DNA of 64,000 nt from Lophium mytilinum. Taxonomy: Eukaryota. The translations under genes were made by a program, and so were the position numbers. Below are positions 48,311 to 58,438 of the stretch, in pieces. The notes beneath the pieces were generated by a model, which was not told the origin of the DNA, did not search any database, and saw only the letters and a list, made by a program, of their open reading frames with translations. The stretch lies in NCBI GenBank assembly GCA_010093605.1, contig MU004202.1:259560-323559 (forward strand), written 5' to 3'. Every line of letters begins with the position of its first letter. The first letter of the stretch is position 1.

Positions 48311-50743
48311 ATGCCTCGCAACCGATCAGGATGGTAACGACGACACCGCATCCACTCTACCTAGCCGCAGGGCAACTAGCAGCTAATGCATACCGTGTCA
48401 AAACAGCCTCACGTGCCGAGAGAAACACCTGAAGTGCGATGAGGCGAAGCCACTCTGTGCCCGTTGCCGGAAATCGTCTCGCAGATGCACGTGGGATGAT
48501 GTGATAAAGTTCCGCAGCTCGCAAAGGGTTGCGGCTCGAGCAAAGCTTCATGCCTCTGAGGAGAGGAGCAGTGTCGCTACGGTTTTCTCGCCAGATAGCG
48601 AGAATGTCTTTTCTAGGGACCATTGTTGGCTTGAAACACCTTCGAGATGTAAGTTGGAACTTCTCAGGAGATCAGGCTGGTCTTATGACAACGTGCGATA
48701 TTTTAACGCCACAATAGTGAGCTTCGTTGATGAGACGGCTGTTGTATCAGCTCAGTATTTGCATAACCAGGCACTTGAAGACCAGGCACTTGAAGACCAA
48801 GCACTTGAAGACCAAGCACTCGAACATCAGGCCCTCGAAAGTCACGGAAGTGACGCAGTCAATGTTTCCGAAGCTAACGGAACTTGTGATATTACTCTAG
48901 ACACCCATGAGTCCCTCTTCGAGCCTGACTCAGTCGCCTCGCCGCCTCCAGCTGCATTACCCGCTCACCCCGTCTTCCCTGGGAGATCTACTCCTCCTCC
49001 TCCCTCCATTCATACTCGCACAGAATCCTTCGCAATCCCCGACCCCCCTCGTCGGGGATCGTACGTTAGTCCCTACCAAGGAAGCGATTACCTTGCCGGC
49101 TTCAGCCTAAGTCCTGGTTCAGTAGCAAATGTCTTCAGCCCGGGAGCGACTGGCTTCACCCCCGTAGTAACAGGATTGACGCCTGTGTCGCATTCATCCG
49201 AAGACAGTAGACAAGTCGCACCTACGAATGTCAGTGAAACTATCTCTACCGGCGAGAGACATGATGGGGCTTCCCCACAGTACCATCGTTCTCCCATGGT
49301 GCTGGGGGAAAGTGGTGCGTTGCAACTGTACAAAGACCGGATGCCATTACCGTTCAAAGTACCTCAAGAGGCGCTTTTCTTCCACCACTTTCTTGAAAAC
49401 CTGGCAGGCATGGTGCGTACAAAGACTCCCGTAAAACTCATCCGTTATGACTACACTCTCGGTAATGGCTAATATCTTTTGACATACTCGCAGCTTGACA
49501 TGACAGATATCCAACGTCACTTTGCCGTCGATGTTCCGGAACGAGCTCTCAGTTGCCCAGTGTTGCTGGACGCTCTCATGGCATTCGCAGGACGCCATCT
49601 GAGCAGGACTTCAGCTTCTGAATCCGATTCCGCAATCGCTGACCACTACCACTACCACTGCGTGTCGCGCATGATACCAATGTTGAATGAAAAGGAGCTC
49701 GTTGCTGACGAGACACTCTTTGCCGTAAGAGGACTTCTTTCCGCACGAGTGTCACCAAATTCGCTAATTCTTCCAGGCCGCTGTGATTCTGCGAACATAT
49801 GAGGAGACGAACGGTACGCAATCCTAGTTCTAATACAAGAGGAGGCGGCGTGAAGTAGTCAGTGCAGTATAGCTAATACCCAAGCAACTAGAAACGCACA
49901 TGGGCGCAGGCCTAGAACGACATCTGACGGGCACGTCCGTCTTCGCAAACGCACAGCTGGAATTCCACACGTGGGGCGGCCTCGGCCACGCGGCATTTTG
50001 GGTGTTCGTGCGACAAGACATCTACATGTCCCTCCTGAGCCAGCAGCCTCTCAAGGTCGACCTTGCTGGCTGGGAGGAACGGCTGTCGTTCGACCTGGGC
50101 TTCGACCCGACGACGGACTGCACATGGGCCAACCGTATGATCTGGATCGTAGCTGAAATCGTCGGATTCTGTTTTGGAGATAGGAATACTTCGAATTGGG
50201 AATCGGCGCGCGACAAGGTCGAGACGTGGGACCTCAGTCGCCCGAAATCGTTCGATCCTATCCTCTACGTTGAGCGGGATCCGGATGCGAAGCGGTACTT
50301 TCCTGAGATCCGGCTCGGGCATCCATGGCATGGTACGTACATCTTGCCCAGGCGAATATTCAGGGCGTTTCAACAAAGCGGGAAATGCTGATGGAAAACA
50401 CGCAGTCACGGGTATCCAGTACTACTACATGGCCAAACTCCTCCTCGCCACCTGCTACCCCCATGTCCCCAAGATAGGACTCGGGTACCAGCGAGCTCAA
50501 CGCACCATGTGCGATGAGATCCTCCGTAACGCCGAGGCCGTCTGCGGCATTGCGTTCGCCACCTCGCTTCCAGCAGCCCGGTTGACAGCATGCACGGCCA
50601 TAATAGCATGTGGGCCATGGTTTGTGCACCGTCCGCGGGAGGAGCAGGAGCAGGTTTTGGAGCTGTTACGGAGAGCTGAGGCTGAGAGTGCGTATCCGAC
50701 TGGCTCGTTGGCGAGAGGGTTGAGGGAGGAGTGGGAGTGGTAA
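48311..50743 (+). CDS. Zn(II)2Cys6 transcription factor with fungal TF domain (ArcA-like), multi-exon
   Basis: Splicing (about 48334-48406) gives [35 protein letters not shown], a Zn cluster absent from the ORF track; later LDMTD..RHF...VP, AAFWVFVRQDIY and DCTWANR. Confidence 0.9.
48768..48842 (+). repeat. Coding 15-bp tandem repeat, (QALED)x3 + QALEH + QALES, in the TF linker
   Basis: CAGGCACTTGAAGAC and variants, five units. Confidence 0.9.
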
Positions 50744-50751
50744 AGCTTACC

Positions 50752-50836
50752 TACCGAGTCCGCGGAGACGGGCGTCATACATCGACCAACATGGAGGAGT
50801 GATAAAGATTACCGAGGCTGCGGAGACGGGCGTCAT
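50752..50836. promoter_or_regulatory. 27-bp direct repeat rich in CGG/CCG triplets upstream of the M24-like gene; candidate Zn2Cys6 binding sites
   Basis: TACCGAGTCCGCGGAGACGGGCGTCAT (50752) and TACCGAGGCTGCGGAGACGGGCGTCAT (50810). The repeat is seen; the function is inferred. Confidence 0.5.
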
Positions 50837-51126
50837 TAGGGTTTGCTGACCCTGGGGAAGCGGGGGAGACTGTGGGGTAAATGCAGGACTAACGTTAGGC
50901 GAATATGATAGGACTTCCCAAAAAAGAAATACTCGACGGCTCTTAGCCGACAGTAGTGACTGCACGTGTATGTTCTTTCAACTTTCATGGAACTTCTCAG
51001 CATTGATAACCACTTTATTGTCCACTTACCACGTCGAACGTTCCATATACCTTTAAGTTCAAGCCTCGGATTTTTTACTTTGGTTCCCTAGAATCCTCAG
51101 AGAAAACTATAGACAAATCAGCTATT

Positions 51127-52314
51127 ATGAACGGCACGAAAGAAACTAACGGAACCTCTAAGCATGTCATCTCCGAAGAGTCGATACAACCAGAAGAGTT
51201 CCAACAACGCATCGCCACGGTGCGTAAAGCCCTCCAGCCTTCTGGCCTGATCGGCCTCATCGCCTTCGGCGACTGCTGGCGAGGAGCCAACGTGTGCTAC
51301 TTCACCGAGTTCCGTCCTCTAGACGGCGTATCCGACATTGCCAACGCTCTATTCTTCCTTGGCGTCGACTCCCCCCCTATACTTTTCGTCTCGAAGCAAT
51401 GCGTCGACTACGCCTCCGAAGTCACCACATTCGCCGTGCATAGCTTCGACGAGCTGAACGCGCATCTCTCATCCTTCGCCTCCAAGCACAGCGACGGGGT
51501 CCTAGGCCTCGCAGGCGAAGCCTACATCCCAGAAGACCTACACCGCCGCATCAAAGCCACCATCGGCCCTCTCACTCTAACACCCCACCCCATCCTCGCC
51601 GAGATCAAAGCCGTCAAGTCACCCGCAGAAATCGCTCTGATCCGCAAAGCATCCGCGCTCACCGACATCGCCATGATGGCCATCCAAAAGACCCTGTCGG
51701 ACGGCCATCCCCACACGGAACGAGAACTGGCACTCGACGCTGACCGCGCGATGCTCGCCCACGGCGCGGACCGCACCGCCTACGACTCCATGGTGCAAGC
51801 GGGCCCGCGCTCGGCATTCAACCTCGCGCGCCCCACGGACCGCGTCGTGCAGCCCGGCGACCTCGTCATGACGGACATCGGCGCGCGGTACAGGGGCTAT
51901 GTTGCCGACGGCGGCCGCGGCTTCACGTACGGCGCCGCGTCTGAGGAGCGCCGCGCTATCGTGCGGGCTGCAGCTGCTGCCGTTGAAGCAGGGTTAGAGG
52001 CTGCGAGGCCAGGGATCACGTGCGCTGATCTGAATGCGGCCATCCAGGCGGCGCTGGTGGAGTCTGGGTACGAGAAGTACTCTAGTGAGGCGAGGGGCCA
52101 TGGGACGGGACATGGGACGGGGATGGATCCGGAGGAGGAGCAGCCGTGGATTGGGCCGGGGAATCGGACGGTGTTGAGGGAGAATATGGTGTTTACGCTT
52201 AAGGCGACGATTACGGTCCCAGGCGTGGGGGGATTGAGGACGGAGCGGATTGTTAGGTTGACGGCGGATGGGGTGGAGCCTTTGGATGTTTTTCCTATGG
52301 AGTTGTATTGGTAG
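51127..52314 (+). CDS. M24 (creatinase/prolidase pita-bread fold) protein with N-terminal domain and atypical active site, intronless
   Basis: NVCYFT (creatinase_N-like), IKAVKSPAEIALIRKA, TDIGARYRGYVADGGR, GHGTGHGTG, VLRENMVFTLK, GGLRTE. Confidence 0.88.
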   Translation: MNGTKETNGTSKHVISEESIQPEEFQQRIATVRKALQPSGLIGLIAFGDCWRGANVCYFTEFRPLDGVSDIANALFFLGVDSPPILFVSKQCVDYASEVTTFAVHSFDELNAHLSSFASKHSDGVLGLAGEAYIPEDLHRRIKATIGPLTLTPHPILAEIKAVKSPAEIALIRKASALTDIAMMAIQKTLSDGHPHTERELALDADRAMLAHGADRTAYDSMVQAGPRSAFNLARPTDRVVQPGDLVMTDIGARYRGYVADGGRGFTYGAASEERRAIVRAAAAAVEAGLEAARPGITCADLNAAIQAALVESGYEKYSSEARGHGTGHGTGMDPEEEQPWIGPGNRTVLRENMVFTLKATITVPGVGGLRTERIVRLTADGVEPLDVFPMELYW

Positions 52315-52670
52315 GTAATTAGTTGATGTCAGTTATGTTCAGTGTCGTAGTATAAAGGTCTGCAGTAGTACGAAGAAATCATGATGACGCCAATCTTATG
52401 AGCAGCTCGAAGATCTTCTATCGCGCGACTTACTTGGGAGAAAGCAGCCAGCTTAATCGTGAAGAGGGAACAGTCGTTAAAGGCGTGTACCCGAATTACT
52501 TGGTGCTGTTTGAAGCGTTTCATATTCCGTTTATTTTCTCTGTCGTCGTAAGGCAGGGTTCGCCGCTCCTGTACTGGCAAGGTGTTTAGTTCAGGACATA
52601 GCTCAATTGACCTCCTCCTTTGACCTCGGCTGACCTGGCTTGGCTAGACTACCCCTTAAGAAGCTAGAAG

Positions 52671-53076
52671 ACGCAGCTCACCCAACCTGCCCCCTTCACC
52701 TCGGCTGACCTGCTTTGGCAACATCAAGAGCTACCTACCAGGTCAGCTTACCTTTTGGGAAATTGGTTGAGTTATAAAGCCCGCGCCCACACGGCGCTGG
52801 CTTAGGACGGAGTTAACTAAGGCTACGCTTATGTAGGCGACGTATATATGCTGCACATTATCATGTGCCACAGTAATTCCAATGTTGAGGATTCAATCAC
52901 TTAACGCAATGAAACAATGAATCTCACTTCCTCAATAAATAATACTGTGAATAGGTGGGGCAGGTCGGATGAGGTGTCGATGTAGGAGGTAGGAGGTCGG
53001 GTGAGGTGTTGAGAATGTAGATAGCGCGCCGAGGCAGGTCAGCCGAGGTTCATGGGGGAGGTTAGGTAAGCTGCGT
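52671..53076. mobile_element. MITE-like element B, about 405 bp with about 48-bp imperfect TIRs
   Basis: Left end ACGCAGCTCACCCAACCTGCCCCCTTCACCTCGGCTGACCTGC; reverse complement of the right end ACGCAGCTTACCTAACCTCCCCCATGAACCTCGGCTGACCTGC. An extra partial arm lies at about 52620-52640. Confidence 0.7.
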
Positions 53077-53078
53077 TT

Positions 53079-53442
53079 CCCCAAACACCAATCCACGATT
53101 ATTAGCGATCGGGGGGCATCCTAAGATTACATGTTCTTTATTTTACATGCAATTACCTCCTAAACTATCTCCTATATACTCTACTTATCAGTTACAGGAC
53201 CACCTTCTTACTAATTAGGGGGAGCACAAGATCATCCCCAATTGTCAATCGGGGGTTTAGCAAACCCGAAGTTCGCCAATAACTGAGGCTGTACACGCCC
53301 CCGATCGGCCATCGGGGGCTATTCCGCCCAATTCCCCGTTGACCGATAGGGCCAATTAGGCCAATCTATTGACATTGGCCTATCTCAATTGATTGGGCGA
53401 TATTCGCCAATCCTCACCGATAATCGCGGATTGGTGTTGGGG
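53079..53442. mobile_element. MITE-like element C, about 365 bp with about 30-bp TIRs and internal palindromes
   Basis: Left end CCCCAAACACCAATCCACGATTATTAGCGA; reverse complement of the right end CCCCAACACCAATCCGCGATTATCGGTGA. Internal CCCCCGAT/ATCGGGGG and GGCCAAT/ATTGGCC inverted motifs. Confidence 0.65.
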
Positions 53443-54278
53443 GGTCGCAAGGGGCTTCAGAATTAAGTCCAGCCCAAGCGAGTCACGTGGTAAAAGAAGG
53501 CGAGTAGCGCATAACTATATGATAGATGCACCGAGGATACAATACCACTATAGTGTGAGTGCTCTGGAGACTATTCACTACTTTTGGTATAAAGCTTGCG
53601 CTATGGAGCTATACGATGGTGCAATGCCACAGTCGGAGCTCTTTCATTTTTGACCAGTCATCACGTGACTGCTTGGGAATGGTTCATTATTATATATGCC
53701 TTGCGTACTCGGCGTCACTACGAATACTGATCAAACAGCAATTTACTTCAGCCGCGTCGCCCTAGTAGAAGGAAGGTAGTGAGTTGAGTATTTGGCCAGC
53801 CCGCCAAACTGCGTGGGGGAGCCTAGGCGCTTTCAGCCTTGCGCTTCCAGCCTTACCAAGACCACGAATCGCGTATCCCAATTGTGCACGACTGCTCACC
53901 GGAACTCATGATGCGACTTTGGCAGAGAAGGGCGTTTGTGAGGTGTCCTAGCCCTACAGCCTCATACGCATCGGCGTATCATGATGCACTATCCGAGGCA
54001 ATCGTTTGCGCTATGACGTCCCTCAACCACACGCTTATTCTATACCATCCCTACTGCCGCAATCTCGCGCAGCCTCACTGGAATTTGTCTGCCTCCCTGG
54101 GTCTGCCTTCGGCACCGCCACCTCCCATCGCACAGTTGATAGCCTGGTAGCCATCCTCGACTGTTCTCACCTACTTCTTTTTCGCTTCAGTGGTCATTGT
54201 TCTCTCCGCTACAGAGGCGACTTTCATGTTTAATCTCGCACGGTTCTCTCTTTTCCTCCCTTCAGCCCCATCAACGAG

Positions 54279-57200
54279 ATGCGTCTCTTGAAACTTGACG
54301 ACAGCGGCGAATTCGGTCTACAGGAGTTTTACGGGGATGATGTCCCTGATTATGCGATACTCTCGCATACTTGGGGTGATGCAAACGAAGAGGTCACATT
54401 CAAGGACCTAGCAGATCACACTGCGAAGGAGAAGGAAGGATACAAGAAAATTGACTTCTGCGGCAAGCAAGCTGCCACCGACAATCTGCAATACTTCTGG
54501 ATCGATACCTGTTGCATCGATAGAGCGAGCAGCGCCGAACTCCAAGAGTCCATCAACTACATGTGGCGCTGGTACCGCGAGTCGAAAAGATGCTACGTAT
54601 GCCTATCGGACGTCTCCAAGAAAGATGAAGATGATCAAGCGGACGACTTCGTAAAAGAAGAAAGTGAAACCAATCACCTAGCCAGGTCCACATCGAAGTC
54701 GACTTTTCGCAGGAGTAAATGGTTCACTCGGGGCTGGACGCTCCAAGAGCTCATTGCTCCTTCGTCAGTAGAATTCTTCTCCTTGGAGGGCGTGCGAATA
54801 TGCGACAAGAAGTCTATGGAGCAGCAGATCCACAAGATTACTGGCATTGCTATCCGAGCACTACGGGGAGATGCGCTGTCTACATTCAGCTTTGACGAGC
54901 GAATGTCATGGGCAGTGAAGCGCAACACTACTCGCGAAGAAGACCAGGCCTACTCATTACTTGGCATCTTCGATATCCATATGACACTTCTGTATAGCGA
55001 GGGAAAAGAGAATGCATTTGCTCGTCTAGAGAAGAAGTACCGGGAAGGCTTTCAAACGCCACTAGGTTCGTTGTATCTCAAAGTTATCTCTAAATGTCAC
55101 CTTGCTGATTGAAATTCTATAGATGCGAGGCTAATGAAGATTCGTCAATGGTTGTCTCCGCCAGATCCGTCAATCAATTATCATAAAGCACTCAAACAGC
55201 GCCAGGCTGATACCGGTATCTGGTTTCTCGAAAGTGACGAATTTGCCAATTGGAAAATTGATGCTCACTCATACATCTGGCTACATGGAATTCCAGGATG
55301 TGGTAAAACCATTCTTAGCTCCACCATCCTTCAAAATGTCCTTCAGTACTGTGTCGACAACAATGAAAAGGTAGTGGCGTACTTCTTTTTCGACTTCAAC
55401 GACGCACAGAAGCAAGTCCCCGAGTTGATGATCAGATCATTGATATCTCAGCTCTCGCAGCAATGCGTAAAGATGCCTACAGCTCTCGAAACGTTTTTTG
55501 CCTCCTGCCAGAGCAAAAAGCAACCGCCATCGTTGGACGATCTTCTTGAAGTGCTACACCAGATGATCCTAGTATTTCCGCAGTCCTATCTCATCCTCGA
55601 TGCACTAGATGAGTGCGCCGATCGAGCTGTGTTAATGGACCTTCTCGAAACGATGGCTGGATGGCGGCTTTACAATCTCCATGTCCTCGTCACGAGCCGC
55701 AAGGAACATGACATTGAAAGTTCGCTAGAGTCTATCGTAGAGAAGCAAAACACAATATGCCTAGAAACCAAACTTGTGGACAAAGATATACAGAAGTATG
55801 TTCGCGGGAGATTACGCGATGACAAGAGCTTGCGAAAATGGCAGAAGGATCCGATCATGAGGCGCGAAATCGAGGCTCGGTTAATGGAGGGAGCACATGG
55901 GATGTATGTATACTATCTTTCCCCCTTGTGAACTAAGTCTTACTAATAATCATCACAGGTTTCGATGGGCTGCGTGCCAGCTAGGCACCTTAGGGCAGTG
56001 TTGCAATCGATCACAGTTGCGAAAATCACTCGCAACCCTTCCGCCAACGTTGGATGAGACGTACAATCGGATTCTTTGTGCCATCGACGACATCAACTCT
56101 GAGTATGCCGTCCGGATTCTACGATGGCTTACGTTCTCCTCCCGACCACTTTCGTTAGATGAGGTTACTGAAGTCATCGCTATCGACCCCGAGCGCGACC
56201 CTGCGTTTGACGGCGAGGAAGTTCTCGAAGATCCGGCAGACGTGTTGAGAATATGCTCCAGTCTCGTCACCATAACCACAATTGAGGAACCTGGCAAGGA
56301 ATCTGACGATGACGACGGCCTCCCTTTTCCAAGCAAATCGAGTAACCCGACCGGTCAGACTGTTGCTTTAGCTCATTACTCAGTAAAGGAGTACCTTGTC
56401 TCGGAGCGATGTCGTCAAAGTCAAGCAGCAAGATACAGCATGCAACACACTCCATGTAACGAATTCATTTCAAAATGCTGCCTTGGGTATATTCTCCAGT
56501 TCAGCGCACCAGATTCTGTATCTGCCGAGACTTTACTGAACTTTAAACTGGCCGACTATTCGGCAAGGTTCTGGATCCGTCACGCTCAATTGGCAACATC
56601 AAAGGAAATCAAAGACTCTTTGACACGTTTGATTCTGAAGCTTTTCTCGACAAGGAATGGGGCTTACCTGAATTGGATTCGGTTATGCGACGTGGAGAAC
56701 TCTTGGAGAGATCCCGATGTCGCGAGAAAATTGGAGGACGTTCGGAGCCCGCTGTACTATGCGTCATTCAGCGGCCTCATCGAGGTTGTGAGGCTATTGA
56801 GTCTTGGGAGGGCTGGCGCCGACCTCGATGCGCAAGGAGGGGAAGACGGCAACGCGCTCCAGGGAGCTTCAAGAAATGGCCACATAGCCTGTGTGGAACT
56901 GCTCCTCGACAAAGGCGCCAATGTTAATAGGAAAGGGGAAAAGTTCTTCTATAACCCGCTCCAAACAGCATCAATAGGTGGCCACTTATCCGTTGTCAAG
57001 CTGCTGCTGGGCAGAGGGGCCGACGTTAACGCGGAAGGAGGATACTACGGCAACGCCCTCCAGGGAGCATCGAAGGGCGGCCACTTGGCCGTTGTCGAGC
57101 TGCTGCTAGCCAAGGGCGCTGACGTCAACGCACAAGCAGGAGCCTACAACAACGCGCTATATGTAGCATCATTTTATGGCCACATAGCTGTGGTCGAGCT

Positions 57201-57657
57201 GCTGCTAACTAAAGGTGTCAATATAAACGCGCAAAGAGGAGACTACGGCAACGCGCTTCAAGCAGCATCAGTAAATGGCCACTCAGCCGTTGTTGAGCTG
57301 CTAATAAGTAAAGGGGCCGAGGTTAACGCGCAGGGAGGACGCTACGGGAACGCGCTTCAGGCAGCATCGTTTGAGGGTCACTTAGCCAGTGTCGAGCTGC
57401 TGCTGCGCAAAGGGGCCAATGTTAACGTGCAAGGGGGATACTGTGGGAACGCCCTTCAGGCTGCATCAACAAGAGGCCGCTTAGCAGTTGCTAAGCTGCT
57501 GCTAGATAAAGGAGCTGATGTCAACGCACAAGGAGGATGCTACATTAACGCGCTTCAGGCAGCGTTGAACGGAGGCCACTCTATTATTGTCGACCTGCTG
57601 CTAAGTAAAGGCGCTACAAGGTACCTGAGTATCTTAAACCGTTTCTGGGTTACATAA
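54279..57657 (+). CDS. Fungal NLR-like protein HET-NACHT-ankyrin (HET-E-type N-terminus), 3 exons
   Basis: HET: YAILSHTWG, YFWIDTCCID, WFTRGWTLQELIAP, EEDQAYSLLGIF. NACHT: Walker A GIPGCGKT, Walker B LILDALDEC, LVTSR, GMFRWA (spliced), LAHYSVKEYL. Nine ankyrin repeats. Introns at about 55066-55122 and 55904-55958. Confidence 0.95.
56746..57613 (+). repeat. Array of 9 ankyrin repeats (about 99-bp units) with high internal similarity
   Basis: Repeated NALQ(G/A)ASxxGHxxVVELLLxKGAxVNAQGGxYG. Confidence 0.92.
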
Positions 57658-58438
57658 GCAACATGAAGGTTCTTTTGTAGGGGACTAGTAGTATCGCACC
57701 CTTTCTCTTCTCCACGTACCTCTTTCTCCTTAGTTGCTTTGCCAAATTCTTATAAGCTTAGAGGGGCCGGAGGAAGCTCTGGACACTTACTGTTATATTC
57801 ATCTGCACGTGCATCTATTCTGAAGCCGCAAGTAAAGGCGCGTCTATAGCCGTATTTAAGGATGTACGTATTGCAGGACATATAGCTATATGTAACTCTA
57901 TACGCGAATCTTTAATATTGTTTCATTCTACTAGATGCCGTGCCTACATACTAAGAAGAATGCCGCAGCTATTTGACCTTCCCGCTCCTTTCTGTCAAGC
58001 CTTGCAAGTGCTTGCCTACTTTGCAAAAGGAAGGAGGAGATCGTCCAGCCGCTGTAGTCAACAAGAAGATTGGACGAGAAAGTAGCGTACGTGGAGGGAA
58101 AAAGAGTCTAATATTACTAGACTCCGATACCTAGTGCGCTACTGATATATTGCCCTGTTGTTTTCTTCATACACCTCCCTTTGGCTTTATATATCTTCCC
58201 TTCTTATCTGATCTTCTGATTAGTTCAAGTAACTAGCTTAACTCACTACAAGTGTATTTTAAATGCTAGGGAAGTAAGCCTAGGCGAGCATGGCATTTAG
58301 GCAGGTCTGGGGTGATATAGTGACCTTTTTTGCGTGCACCAATGCTTGGAAGAACCGGAGGCTCTGCGATTATTAGACATTAGTAACATTAGTAATTTCA
58401 TGCTATGTATACACATTCTGCCAAACTCAATCCTCCGC

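Noticed and set aside
57700..58300. Moderately AT-rich tract after the NLR as a possible transposon relic
   Set aside because: No TIR, LTR or transposase similarity visible
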